55,564 nt of DNA. It comes from Armatimonadota bacterium. Lineage in GTDB: Bacteria > Armatimonadota > Hebobacteria > CAIYQO01. Of the stretch, positions 42,401-50,954 are shown in pieces. The notes beneath the pieces are model-generated. The model saw only the letters and a program-made list of their open reading frames with translations. It ran no database searches and was not told the DNA's origin. The stretch spans positions 1 through 55,564 of the forward strand of contig JBBQQW010000001.1 in assembly GCA_038215455.1 (NCBI GenBank), written 5' to 3'. The translations under genes and the position numbers were made by a program. Numbering within the stretch: position 1 is the stretch's first letter; the number at the start of each line of letters is the position of its first letter.

Positions 42401-44692
42401 ATGCGTTTGTCACTCTTAGTGATAGTAATTACCGTATTCGTGTGCGGCATGATATCGACCGCTGCCGACTGGCCGATGACGCGGGGTGGCCTGGCGCGCA
42501 CCGGCGTGGCGCAGGGGACAGCTGAACCGCAACGGCCGATATTGAATTGGCGCTGGCGTGATGGCGAGGAGTCGTTTTTCTCCTCTCCCGCGATTGCAAA
42601 TGGCAAAGTATATGTGACTTCTGGGACAATCGGTGCCCTGGCGGAGAGCGGGGCGATATATTGCTTTGATGCGGCCAGCGGCAAGATGCTCTGGAAGTGC
42701 TCCCCTCCCGGCTACCGCGCCACCTTCTCCTCGCCGGTGATCTCCGGGAAATATCTGGTGGTGGGGGAAGGCCTGCACGTATGCCGTGATGCCCGGCTGG
42801 TCTGCCTGGACATCAGTGGTGAGCAGCCGAAAATCCTCTGGACATACCGCGCCAACAGCCACATCGAATGTACGCCAGTGATCGATAATGGTCGCGTCTA
42901 TGTAGGTGCAGGCGATGATGGTTACTACTGCCTGAATCTGGAGCCAGACGCTGCCGGGCAACCGGTGGTGAATTGGCATGCCCCCGGTGCAAATTATAAG
43001 GATGCTGAAACCTCGCTGGCAGTGGCAGGAGGTAAGGTATATGCCGGCTTAGGCATCGGTGGCCGCGAACTCTGCGTTTTGGATGCTATTACCGGCGTCG
43101 AGCAGCAGCGGGTTAAGATGCCATATCCAGTGTTCAGCCCGGCGACTATTGTGGATGGTAAATTGTATCTCGGCATGGGCAATGGCGACTATATCAACGC
43201 CAACCCCGGTGGCGAAGTGCGTTGTATCGACATTGCCACCATGGCTACTGATTGGACCTATCCGTTGACACAGACGGTACTGGGCGCAGTGGTGAGTGTG
43301 GGCGACAAATTGTACTTCGGATCCCGTGATGGCTGGCTCTATTGCGTGGATAAGGCAGGAAAATTACTGGGGAAATACGATACCCATGGGCCAATCGTCA
43401 CCTCACCGGCGGTGAGCGAACATTTCGTCTATGTGATGAGTGACACCGGCTTCCTCACCGCGATCAATCGAGCGGATTTGACCTTCAGCTGGGAGTTCAT
43501 GGTCGGCAGCAAGCCGCTCTTCATCAGCTCGCCTTCCGTGGGCAATGGGCAGGTATTCATCGGCTCGCAGCAGGATGGCCTGCTGGCTATTGGCGCGGCG
43601 GATAAGCCAGCAATAGCCACCTGGAATGGCTACCTGGGCCAGGCAGGACGTACGGGGAATCTGGATGATTCGCCCCTCGCGGATGCCGGTGCTTTCCAGT
43701 GGAACTACCCGGCAGAGATGATGGGGGAGAATGCGGCGAAACTGGTAGTAGCCCCTGCCGCCGTCGCCGGGAAGAATATCATTATTCCCATGACCGGGAA
43801 ACAATCCGGCGTAGTATGCCTGCCCGCAGATGCATCGGCGCAAGAGACGCCAAAGATTCGCTGGGCATATACCACCGCTAACCCGGTATCGCTCTCACCG
43901 GTGATAATAGGTGAGAATGTTTTTGTCGTCGACGGCATACCCGGCATGGCAGCACGCACGCTGACTTGCCTGAATGTTGCGGATGGGAAGAAGCGTTGGA
44001 CCGTGCCGGTTGCTGACGGTACCGGCGTCTTCTCCGCTACCGAGAATGAGATAATCATACAGGATATTGCCGGAAAGGTCAGTTGCATTGAGCTGGATGG
44101 CAAAGCGCGCTGGGCGATTAATGCCGGTGGGGTAATTGATGGCTTCTGCATAGCGGGAGACACAGTCTATTTCGCGACCGCGAATGAATTGGTAGCGGTG
44201 AATCGCCTGACAGGCAAAGATGCATTCAGCGTACCGGTAAATGCATTGGCAGCTCCTGTTGTAGCTAATGGTGTCATCTACCTGGCCACCAGCAAAGGAA
44301 TTGAAGCACGCGATGCCAAAACCGGTGAATTAACACCCAATGGGCTGTTACCCGGCGGTGCCGCTACTGGTGCATTCGCCGTCACGCGCAATGAGATCGT
44401 CTACGTCAATGGCGCAGGTGAGCTGGTTATTATCGAGCGCACCAGCGGTAAGATCATCAACAGTATCGCGAAAGCACTGCCGATTCCCCCATTAGTGAGC
44501 CGCAACATGGTGCTATATCTGACGAAAGACAGCATCATGCGCCTGGATTTGGCACGCCCCACAGTAAAGCCGACGCAATGGCTGGACACCAGCTGGCTGG
44601 GAGAAGCCACAACCCCGATGGTACTATCCCGTGGCAACGTCTACCTGGGCATGGCAGGGTGGGGGCTGGTACGGGCTGGGCGCGGGCAGTAG
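42401..44692 (+). CDS. secreted tandem PQQ-like beta-propeller repeat protein
   Basis: Signal peptide MRLSLLVIVITVFVCGMISTAA, then DWPMTRGGLARTG, the usual opening of PQQ-like/BamB-type propellers. Roughly 14-16 blade-like repeats follow (GKVYVTS, GRVYVGAGDDGYYCL, GKLYLGMGNG, DKLYFGSRDGWLYCVD...). The track start is 42389; ATG 42401 lies 6 nt after GGAG. Confidence 0.75.
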   Translation: MRLSLLVIVITVFVCGMISTAADWPMTRGGLARTGVAQGTAEPQRPILNWRWRDGEESFFSSPAIANGKVYVTSGTIGALAESGAIYCFDAASGKMLWKCSPPGYRATFSSPVISGKYLVVGEGLHVCRDARLVCLDISGEQPKILWTYRANSHIECTPVIDNGRVYVGAGDDGYYCLNLEPDAAGQPVVNWHAPGANYKDAETSLAVAGGKVYAGLGIGGRELCVLDAITGVEQQRVKMPYPVFSPATIVDGKLYLGMGNGDYINANPGGEVRCIDIATMATDWTYPLTQTVLGAVVSVGDKLYFGSRDGWLYCVDKAGKLLGKYDTHGPIVTSPAVSEHFVYVMSDTGFLTAINRADLTFSWEFMVGSKPLFISSPSVGNGQVFIGSQQDGLLAIGAADKPAIATWNGYLGQAGRTGNLDDSPLADAGAFQWNYPAEMMGENAAKLVVAPAAVAGKNIIIPMTGKQSGVVCLPADASAQETPKIRWAYTTANPVSLSPVIIGENVFVVDGIPGMAARTLTCLNVADGKKRWTVPVADGTGVFSATENEIIIQDIAGKVSCIELDGKARWAINAGGVIDGFCIAGDTVYFATANELVAVNRLTGKDAFSVPVNALAAPVVANGVIYLATSKGIEARDAKTGELTPNGLLPGGAATGAFAVTRNEIVYVNGAGELVIIERTSGKIINSIAKALPIPPLVSRNMVLYLTKDSIMRLDLARPTVKPTQWLDTSWLGEATTPMVLSRGNVYLGMAGWGLVRAGRGQ

Positions 44693-44721
44693 TTCGCGGG
44701 TGAATAGGAAGCAATGAACGC

Positions 44722-44757
44722 AAAAAGACCCTCGCGATTATGCGAGGGTCTTTTTTT
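44722..44757. terminator. bidirectional intrinsic terminator
   Basis: AAAAA-GACCCTCGC-gattat-GCGAGGGTC-TTTTTTT. It serves the PQQ gene on the + strand and tRNA-Pro on the - strand. Confidence 0.8.
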
Positions 44758-44762
44758 AAATA

Positions 44763-44840
<78 letters not shown>

Positions 44841-44851
44841 ACTACCTGTTT

Positions 44852-44881
44852 AATATAGCATACCGGTGTATGAGTAGTCAA
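44852..44881 (-). promoter_or_regulatory. sigma70-type promoter for tRNA-Pro
   Basis: On the reverse strand: TTGACT, an 18-nt spacer, TATATT, then 11 nt to the tRNA 5' end. Confidence 0.6.
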
Positions 44882-44919
44882 CGGAAATATTAATAGTTAT
44901 CTCCTACAGGCATTGAGTT

Positions 44920-45396
44920 TCAGATGAACAAATTGACGTTGGCGTCGTCGGCAGCACCCAGGTAGGTGGCTACCCCTCCGAGTTCTATGCCATCTATGAG
45001 TTCCTCCTGGTGGATGCCCATCACGTCCATGCTCATGGTGCAGGCGATGAAAGTTACGCCGAACTGCTGGGCTTCGGCTATCATCTCTGCCAGCGTGGGT
45101 ACGTTCTTCGTCTTCATCACGTATTGCATCATGGCGGTGCCCAGCCCGCCCATATTCAATTGCGAGAGCTTGGCCTTCTGTGGGCCGCGTGGCATCATCC
45201 AGCCGAACATCGCTTCAAGGATATTCTTCTTCACAGAAACTGGCTCCGGTTTGCGCAGCAGGTTCAGCCCCCAGAAGGTGAAGAAGAGCGTTACCTCGTT
45301 GCCCATGGCGGCGGCACCGCGTGCAATGATCATCGCCGCCATAGCCTTATCCAGGTCACCGCTGAAGACGATGATCGTTTTCTTATCTTCCGACAT
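44920..45396 (-). CDS. DsrE/DsrF-like sulfur-relay family protein
   Basis: KKTIIVFSGDLDKAMAAMIIA.GAAAMG.EVTLFFTFWGL and the conserved Cys context FIACTMSMDVMG, typical of the COG2210-type DsrE-like proteins found beside CoA-disulfide reductases. Confidence 0.8.
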   Translation of the reverse strand: MSEDKKTIIVFSGDLDKAMAAMIIARGAAAMGNEVTLFFTFWGLNLLRKPEPVSVKKNILEAMFGWMMPRGPQKAKLSQLNMGGLGTAMMQYVMKTKNVPTLAEMIAEAQQFGVTFIACTMSMDVMGIHQEELIDGIELGGVATYLGAADDANVNLFI

Positions 45397-45398
45397 GG

Positions 45399-45626
45399 TT
45401 ACTCACCTTTCCGCACGACGGCAGTGATGACGCCGTCTTTTTCCTCGATACTGACGACGGTATTCTTCGTTTTGCGGCACCAGGCATCGATATCCTTGCG
45501 GAACCCCATGTCGGTGACGGTGATGGTCACTACGTCGCCAGCTTGTGCCGTCTTCATCTGGGTGAAGAGCTGCATGATCGGGCCGGGGCACTGCATGCCA
45601 CGGCAATTGAGGGTATATTCAGCCAT
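45399..45626 (-). CDS. TusA/SirA-like sulfurtransferase
   Basis: 75 aa with the canonical L.C.GM.CPGPIM motif (NCRGMQCPGPIMQL). Confidence 0.85.
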   Translation of the reverse strand: MAEYTLNCRGMQCPGPIMQLFTQMKTAQAGDVVTITVTDMGFRKDIDAWCRKTKNTVVSIEEKDGVITAVVRKGE

Positions 45627-45638
45627 TGTTGTATCCTC

Positions 45639-47285
45639 CTATTCGGTCTCGTAGGGCCAGGCGGTCATACCGCCATCCAGTATTGCCACATCGGTGAAGC
45701 CGGCACGGCATAGTTCCAGTGCAGCAGCGTAGGCACGACGCCCCACTTTGCATACCACCACCGTGGGGTGAGTTGGGTCTAATTCGCCGATCCGCGGGTG
45801 TAATTCTTCTATTGGGATATTGATAGCACCGGGAATTGCGCTGATGATGAATTCCGGCTCGGTGCGTACATCCAGGAGTTGCAACGTCGGGTCGTTCAGC
45901 TTCAGGTCAACCGGCGAAACACCGCGCACCTTGCCCGCCAGTTTGTTCAGCATGACATTAGCGGCGACGATGCTGGAGTTGAGCGCAGAAGCGAAGGGCG
46001 GCGTGTAGGCCAAATCCATGCCAGAGAGCTGCTCGATAGTCATCCCCAGGGCAATGCCGACGGAAAGTGTGTCGATCGGCTTGTCTACCACGCCAGAACC
46101 TGCAACCTGTGCGCCTAGTAGTTTATGTGTGGCACGGTCGGCGATCAGTTTGGTGATGATCATCCTGTTACCAGGGAAATAATGCGCACGGTCAGGTGTA
46201 GGAACCAGCACGGTCTCCACATCATAGCCAGCATCCCTGGCTTCTTGCGTACTCAGGCCGGTGCGGCCTGCATGGTAATCGAAGAGGCGCACGATAGTGG
46301 TTCCCAGTACTCCGGAAAACTTTTCCGTATCTTCAAACAGATTTGCCACTACCAGCCGCCCTGTTTTGTTAGCAGTTGAGCCAAGTGGCGAGAAAGTATC
46401 TGCGCCCGTCTGACGGTTACGTACCGAGGCGCAATCGCCGACGGCGAAGATGTCGGGCAGGTTAGTGTGCAGGTATTCATCTACCAGGATCATTCCGCGC
46501 GGGTCGGCGTCAATACCGGCGGCGATAGCCACGGAGGTGTTCGGCTTGATACCGGCGGCGAAGATGACCATGTCCGCCGGGAGGCGTTGCGCAGTGGTGA
46601 CTGCTTCGGTAGCCTCACCTGCTGTATTACCGACGATCTCGGTGAGAGCCTCACCGGTGTATACCGAGACATCATGCTCGCGTAATTGTTTGGCTACCAG
46701 CGCGGCGATCTCCGGGTCGAAGCCGGGCAGGATGGCGTCCTTCAACTCGACAACTGCCACCTGTACTCCGCGGCGGGAGAGGTTCTCCGCCATCTCCAAC
46801 CCGATGAAGCCACCGCCCACCACTACGGCATTTTTGATTTTGCCGGTGTCGAGCATGGCACGGATTTTCAGCGCGTCATTCAGCCCGCGCACTGTGCTGA
46901 TGCGCTTCAGATTCGCTCCCGGGATATTGGGGATGAGCGGCAGCGCACCAGTGGCAATGATGAGTTTATCGTAAGGGAAGACGATGTCGGTGCCGTTATT
47001 CAGGTCGCGCACGGTGACGGTGTGCGCGGTAGCGTCAATGCCAGTCGCCTGATGGCGGGTGAGCACATCGATGCGGTTCTCATGTTTGAATTCATCGGGA
47101 GTACGTACTATAAGCTCGCGTGCCTCCGTGATTTCACCGCCGACGAAGTAGGGCAGGCCACAACCAGCGTAGGCGACATAGTCATCCTGCGTCACGATAG
47201 TCACCGTGGCATCCGGGTATTCGCGCCGTGCCCTGGCCGCTGCTTTCGTCCCTGCGGCGACTCCACCGATTATTAAAAGCTTCAT
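45639..47285 (-). CDS. CoA-disulfide reductase-type FAD/NAD(P)H pyridine nucleotide-disulfide oxidoreductase with C-terminal rhodanese domain
   Basis: KLLIIGGVAAGTKAAARARR (FAD GxGxxG), single redox Cys in YAGCGLPYFVGG, second Rossmann VVVGGGFIGLEMAE, and a C-terminal rhodanese with active-site loop CKVGRRA. Confidence 0.85.
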   Translation of the reverse strand: MKLLIIGGVAAGTKAAARARREYPDATVTIVTQDDYVAYAGCGLPYFVGGEITEARELIVRTPDEFKHENRIDVLTRHQATGIDATAHTVTVRDLNNGTDIVFPYDKLIIATGALPLIPNIPGANLKRISTVRGLNDALKIRAMLDTGKIKNAVVVGGGFIGLEMAENLSRRGVQVAVVELKDAILPGFDPEIAALVAKQLREHDVSVYTGEALTEIVGNTAGEATEAVTTAQRLPADMVIFAAGIKPNTSVAIAAGIDADPRGMILVDEYLHTNLPDIFAVGDCASVRNRQTGADTFSPLGSTANKTGRLVVANLFEDTEKFSGVLGTTIVRLFDYHAGRTGLSTQEARDAGYDVETVLVPTPDRAHYFPGNRMIITKLIADRATHKLLGAQVAGSGVVDKPIDTLSVGIALGMTIEQLSGMDLAYTPPFASALNSSIVAANVMLNKLAGKVRGVSPVDLKLNDPTLQLLDVRTEPEFIISAIPGAINIPIEELHPRIGELDPTHPTVVVCKVGRRAYAAALELCRAGFTDVAILDGGMTAWPYETE

Positions 47286-47304
47286 AATGTGCTCCTTTGT
47301 TCAA

Positions 47305-47333
47305 TTCTATCCATACTACCAGTCGTTGTCAAC
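47305..47333 (-). promoter_or_regulatory. sigma70-type promoter of the CoADR-TusA-DsrE operon
   Basis: On the reverse strand: TTGACA, a 17-nt spacer, TAGAAT, then about 20 nt containing AAGGAG before the ATG at 47285. Confidence 0.6.
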
Positions 47334-47437
47334 TATATAACCATACAGTTATACATACATTGGTGGTAAATTATTCCCCGGTTGCAGGGAGATGTCAGCA
47401 GCGGGTAGAACTATAATACTGAAGTTCGGAGGTATAC

Positions 47438-48217
47438 GTGCGAATCCTTTTTTTTGGCGATATAGTTGGGCGTCCTGGTAGGACGGCTATGACAAATGTG
47501 TTGCCACGCTGGAAATCCAAGTACAGGCCCGATATAATCATCGCCAATGGAGAGAACGCTGCTGCCGGGAAGGGCATCGTGCCGACTGCTGCGGACGAAT
47601 TATTCGGTGCCGGTGTGGATGTACTGACACTGGGCAATCACACCTTCAACAAGAAGGAAGCACTCGCATTGCTGGAGGCAGAGACGCGAATAATCCGCCC
47701 TGCCAACTATCCACATGGTACACCGGGCTACGGATATGGAATATACCGGGTAGGGGGAGTGCGATTGGCGGTGGTGAATCTGCTGGGACGTACCTTCATG
47801 GAGCCGCTGGATGATCCGTTTCAGAAGGCAAACGAACTGGTAGCATTGCTAAAAGAGCAAACGAATTGTATATTAGTAGATATCCATGCGGAAGCTACCA
47901 GCGAGAAGGCGGCGCTGGGATGGATGCTGGATGGCCAGGTATCAGCCGTAGTGGGTACACATACGCATGTGATGACTGCAGACGAACGGATTTTGCCGCA
48001 AGGAACGGCTTTTATTACTGATGTAGGAATGGTAGGCCCACGGGATTCTATTCTGGGGGTGAGAACAGACATTGTATTGCAGAAGTTCCTCACCCATATG
48101 CCAGCGAAATTTGATTTGGCCGGTGGCGCGGTGATAATTAACGCGGTAATGCTTGAGATAGATGACACTAGCGGTAAAGCTGGTATAATATCAAGGTTGG
48201 TCGAGGTTATCGACTGA
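47438..48217 (+). CDS. ymdB: YmdB-type (TIGR00282) metallophosphoesterase
   Basis: MRILFFGDIVGRPGR...IIANGENAA.GKGI...GVDV.TLGNH.F...DIHAEATSEK...GTHTHV.TADERILP.GTA.ITD.GM.GP. GTG start 5 nt after GGAGG. A TATAAT hexamer lies at 47412-47417. Confidence 0.9.
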   Translation: MRILFFGDIVGRPGRTAMTNVLPRWKSKYRPDIIIANGENAAAGKGIVPTAADELFGAGVDVLTLGNHTFNKKEALALLEAETRIIRPANYPHGTPGYGYGIYRVGGVRLAVVNLLGRTFMEPLDDPFQKANELVALLKEQTNCILVDIHAEATSEKAALGWMLDGQVSAVVGTHTHVMTADERILPQGTAFITDVGMVGPRDSILGVRTDIVLQKFLTHMPAKFDLAGGAVIINAVMLEIDDTSGKAGIISRLVEVID

Positions 48218-48449
48218 AATTGATGACTTAACCAGAGTTTAATCTTGATGTAGGGTATAATGGATGTAGATACGGTTTATCAGCAGCTGCTTTCGGGCAA
48301 GTATAAATGTATGATAAGCAGTACATTTACATTAAAGGTGTAGCATTTAGCAGTAATTAGTATTGAGTGATTACCAACAATACGGTAAAATAGAAGAAGC
48401 CTATTTGGTCATCGTTATATTTTCGCAGTAATTTACAGAGGAGTGCACC

Positions 48450-48710
48450 ATGGATGTATTGAGAGTATCGGCAAAGTCAAACCCGAATTCGGTAGCTGGC
48501 GCGCTGGCCGGCGTCATTCGCGAGAAGGGCGCAGCAGAATTGCAGACTATCGGGGCAGGGGCATTGAATCAAGCAGTGAAGGCGCTGGCGATTGCACGCG
48601 GTTTTATGGCTCCATCAGGCGTTGACTTGATTTGTCGCCCGGCTTTTACCGACCTTCAGGTGGACGGAGCAGATCGTACCGCGATTCGGCTGATGATTGA
48701 GCCTAAATAG
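48450..48710 (+). CDS. spoVS: stage V sporulation protein S family protein
   Basis: The 86-aa protein MDVLRVSAKSNPNSVAGALAGVIREKG.AELQ.IGAGA.NQAVKA.AIARGF.AP.G.DL...P.F is near-canonical SpoVS. Confidence 0.9.
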   Translation: MDVLRVSAKSNPNSVAGALAGVIREKGAAELQTIGAGALNQAVKALAIARGFMAPSGVDLICRPAFTDLQVDGADRTAIRLMIEPK

Positions 48711-48739
48711 TTTTTGCAGCAATCAAGTTTTACGTGGCA

Positions 48740-48748
48740 TGGTACAAT
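48740..48748 (+). promoter_or_regulatory. candidate extended -10 promoter (TGgTACAAT)
   Basis: TGGTACAAT lies 28 nt upstream of ATG 48776. This argues against the track GTG start at 48734. Confidence 0.4.
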
Positions 48749-48775
48749 GCCGGAGAAACGGAAGTCAGGCAGTAT

Positions 48776-49285
48776 ATGACCTGTTCAACTAGTGAAATTA
48801 TAAGTAATCGTTTCGAAGCGATTAACGAAATATTGAAACGGCATCAACACCAGGTGTCCTACGGGAACCTTCGTGCTGAGTTAACTCATTGGGATACTGA
48901 TGGTGGTACCGACAACCTGGCCATCGTCTATGAGGTGCCCGGTGGGTCTACTAATCAGATCAACATCACCTACCATCATCAGGTACAGAAGTACTGCTAT
49001 ATTGGGAACGATACCATCAATGAGTGCACCACTTCCTCAATTGATGAAGTTATCGAGATGGTACATCGGCTGGTGGAAGATATCCCGGCAATAAGACATC
49101 GTCGTCTATTGGAGGATATTGATCGCTGGGCAAAACAAGGTATGCAGCAACGTGACCTTTTCCAGCAGATTACAAAATTGCTCCAGATTGAAGATCTGCG
49201 TGGTGGCACTATCACCATGCCAGAGATGAAGGCGGGCATTGCCTATATTCTGCAGCATTATCGCTCAGCTGCAGTGCAATACTAA
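48776..49285 (+). CDS. hypothetical protein (no family recognised)
   Basis: AT-rich ORF of 169 aa from ATG 48776 (MTCSTSEIISNRFEAINEILKRHQ...), predicted soluble and helical. It is followed by a strong terminator. Confidence 0.5.
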   Translation: MTCSTSEIISNRFEAINEILKRHQHQVSYGNLRAELTHWDTDGGTDNLAIVYEVPGGSTNQINITYHHQVQKYCYIGNDTINECTTSSIDEVIEMVHRLVEDIPAIRHRRLLEDIDRWAKQGMQQRDLFQQITKLLQIEDLRGGTITMPEMKAGIAYILQHYRSAAVQY

Positions 49286-49314
49286 TACTTGTGGTGTGGG
49301 CAACCTATACTAAG

Positions 49315-49348
49315 AAAAAGGCGTCTTCCGTAGGGAAGACGCCTTTTT
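49315..49348. terminator. bidirectional intrinsic terminator
   Basis: AAAAA-GGCGTCTTCC-gtag-GGAAGACGCC-TTTTT lies between the hypothetical gene (+) and rplT (-). Confidence 0.85.
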
Positions 49349-49368
49349 CGTTCACATTAGAGCTTCGA

Positions 49369-49728
49369 TTAGCCTGCCAGAATTGCGCTAGCCTTCTCAC
49401 ACAGGGTGGCGAAGGATTGCGGGTCGTTGATGGCGACTTCGGAGAGCATCTTGCGATTTACTAACATGCCCATTTTGCCGAGGGCAAAGATGAACTTGTT
49501 GTAGGTCAGGCCGTGCATACGGCATCCGGCGTTGATACGGGCGATCCACAGGCGTCGAAAATCGCGTTTGCGAAGTTTACGACCGCGGAAAGCGTCATCA
49601 AGAGCTTTCATCACAGCTTCTTTAGCTGTTTTAATCAGGCGGTGACGTCCGCCCCAGTATCCGGATGCATCTTTGAGGATGCGTTTATGGCGTTTGTGGG
49701 TGGTCATACCACGTTTTACGCGAGGCAT
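49369..49728 (-). CDS. rplT: 50S ribosomal protein L20
   Basis: MPRVKRG...HKRHKRILK.A.GY.G.R....K.AKEAV.KAL.....R..RKRDFR.LWI.RINA. Confidence 0.97.
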   Translation of the reverse strand: MPRVKRGMTTHKRHKRILKDASGYWGGRHRLIKTAKEAVMKALDDAFRGRKLRKRDFRRLWIARINAGCRMHGLTYNKFIFALGKMGMLVNRKMLSEVAINDPQSFATLCEKASAILAG

Positions 49729-49816
49729 ATTTTTCTATCCTTTCTCGAATCCCACCGGAGTTAGCTCCGGGGTTACGGAGGCCCATACCATAGGGTAGGG
49801 CACTTGTTCAGTGAGA

Positions 49817-50023
49817 CTATTGACCGTAAGGTAACATAGTCTTCACGCCAGCCGCCAGGTCGGGGCTGAGAATCTTTGCCATTTGCAAATTGCGTTTGCG
49901 TGCTGAGCTTTTGCGGGTGAGTAAGTGGCTATTGAAGTTCGATCTGAACTTGATTTTGCCGGTCCCGGTATACTCCATACGTTTGGCTGCAGATTTGCGG
50001 GTGCGCATCTTATTCTTGGGCAC
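49817..50023 (-). CDS. rpmI: 50S ribosomal protein L35
   Basis: MPKNKMRTRKSAAKRMEYTGTGKIKFRSNFNSHLLTRKSSARKRNL. GTG start after AAAGGAG. Confidence 0.9.
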   Translation of the reverse strand: MPKNKMRTRKSAAKRMEYTGTGKIKFRSNFNSHLLTRKSSARKRNLQMAKILSPDLAAGVKTMLPYGQ

Positions 50024-50114
50024 GGTACTGACACTCCTTTCCAGGCCTATTGCCTACATTTATCATATAAACACCCACCAACACATGAGTGCAGGCAGGT
50101 GAAGATAGCGAAAA

Positions 50115-50744
50115 TTAATTCTCTTCGACCGCGGTAGCTCCGGCGACTTCCAAGGCGGCTGCCATAGCAGTCGGCTCGGGGGCTGCCGCAGGTGCCTTCG
50201 GCTTAGCTTCTTTCGGCGGTTTAGCGGGTAGAACAGCTTGTTTCGGTGCAATCACCAGACTCATCTGCCGTCCTTCCATCCCGATGTTCTTCTCTACATT
50301 GGCAACGTCAGTAGTCCCGTCGATGAACTTCTGCAGCAGATTCCGGCCAAATTCCGGATGAGAGAATTCTCGGCTGCGGAAGATTACGAAAATACGGACT
50401 TTATCGCCGTCAGCGATGAACTTGCGCGTGCTCTTCAGTTTTGTTTCAAAGTCGTGATCATCGATATTTGGGCGTAGACGAATAAGCGCCAACTCTTGCT
50501 GTTTCACGCGCTTATGGGCTTCCTTGTCACGCTTTGCCTGCTCATATTTGAACTTTCCGTAGTCCATTATGCGGCATACCGGTGGGTTAGCATTGGGAGA
50601 TACCTCAATCAGGTCTAACCCGGCATCCTTTGCCCGCTGTAACGCATCACGCGTCAAGACAATGCCGGCTTGATGTCCGTCTTCGTCAATAAGACGAACA
50701 TCGCGTACACGAATTCGGTCGTTCACACGAAGTTGTTTGTTAAT
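50115..50744 (-). CDS. infC: translation initiation factor IF-3, with a non-canonical ATT start
   Basis: INKQLRVNDRIRVRDVRLIDEDGHQAGI... followed by the C-domain. The track starts at an internal GTG (50726) that has no SD. An in-frame ATT at 50744-50742 lies 7 nt after GGAGGTG. Confidence 0.9.
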   Translation of the reverse strand: MNKQLRVNDRIRVRDVRLIDEDGHQAGIVLTRDALQRAKDAGLDLIEVSPNANPPVCRIMDYGKFKYEQAKRDKEAHKRVKQQELALIRLRPNIDDHDFETKLKSTRKFIADGDKVRIFVIFRSREFSHPEFGRNLLQKFIDGTTDVANVEKNIGMEGRQMSLVIAPKQAVLPAKPPKEAKPKAPAAAPEPTAMAAALEVAGATAVEEN

Positions 50745-50758
50745 GTCTATGCACCTCC
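50742..50758 (-). promoter_or_regulatory. infC translation-initiation region: GGAGGTG SD plus ATT start codon (IF3 autoregulation element)
   Basis: The reverse strand reads GGAGGTG CATAGAC ATT AAC AAA CAA CTT CGT GTG AAC GAC. Confidence 0.7.
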
Positions 50759-50863
50759 GCCAGGATAATTATGGAAAAAGCCAGAAAATACTTCCGACAA
50801 TTTGACGAAGTTTAGCATAACTGAAGTCAAGTGTCAATGAAGATAATCTGTTTGTCGTAGAAA

Positions 50864-50904
50864 AGTATCAGTCATTCCAGATCAAAGATGGAATGACTGA
50901 TACT
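50864..50904 (-). terminator. intrinsic terminator after the DUF378 gene
   Basis: Perfect 16-bp inverted repeat AGTATCAGTCATTCCA-(9 nt)-TGGAATGACTGATACT. On the minus strand it is followed by TTTT. Confidence 0.7.
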
Positions 50905-50954
50905 TGAGCGATAAGAGCCATCATTCATGAGCAGCAATTGCTAGCGATGCTACA

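Noticed and set aside
41875-42979. Minus-strand ORFs 41875-42684 and 42416-42979 across the FG-GAP/PQQ junction; likewise 52291-53229 opposite the 2-hydroxyacid dehydrogenase
   Set aside because: They are antisense to genes with clear repeat or domain signatures. They have no independent support.
48262-48345. 27-codon mini-ORF (MDVDTVYQQLLSGKYKCMISSTFTLKV) in the ymdB-spoVS spacer, sharing the MDV opening with SpoVS
   Set aside because: The ATG directly abuts the TATAAT hexamer and has no SD. The three-residue resemblance is not meaningful. I treat the region as a possible leader, not a gene.
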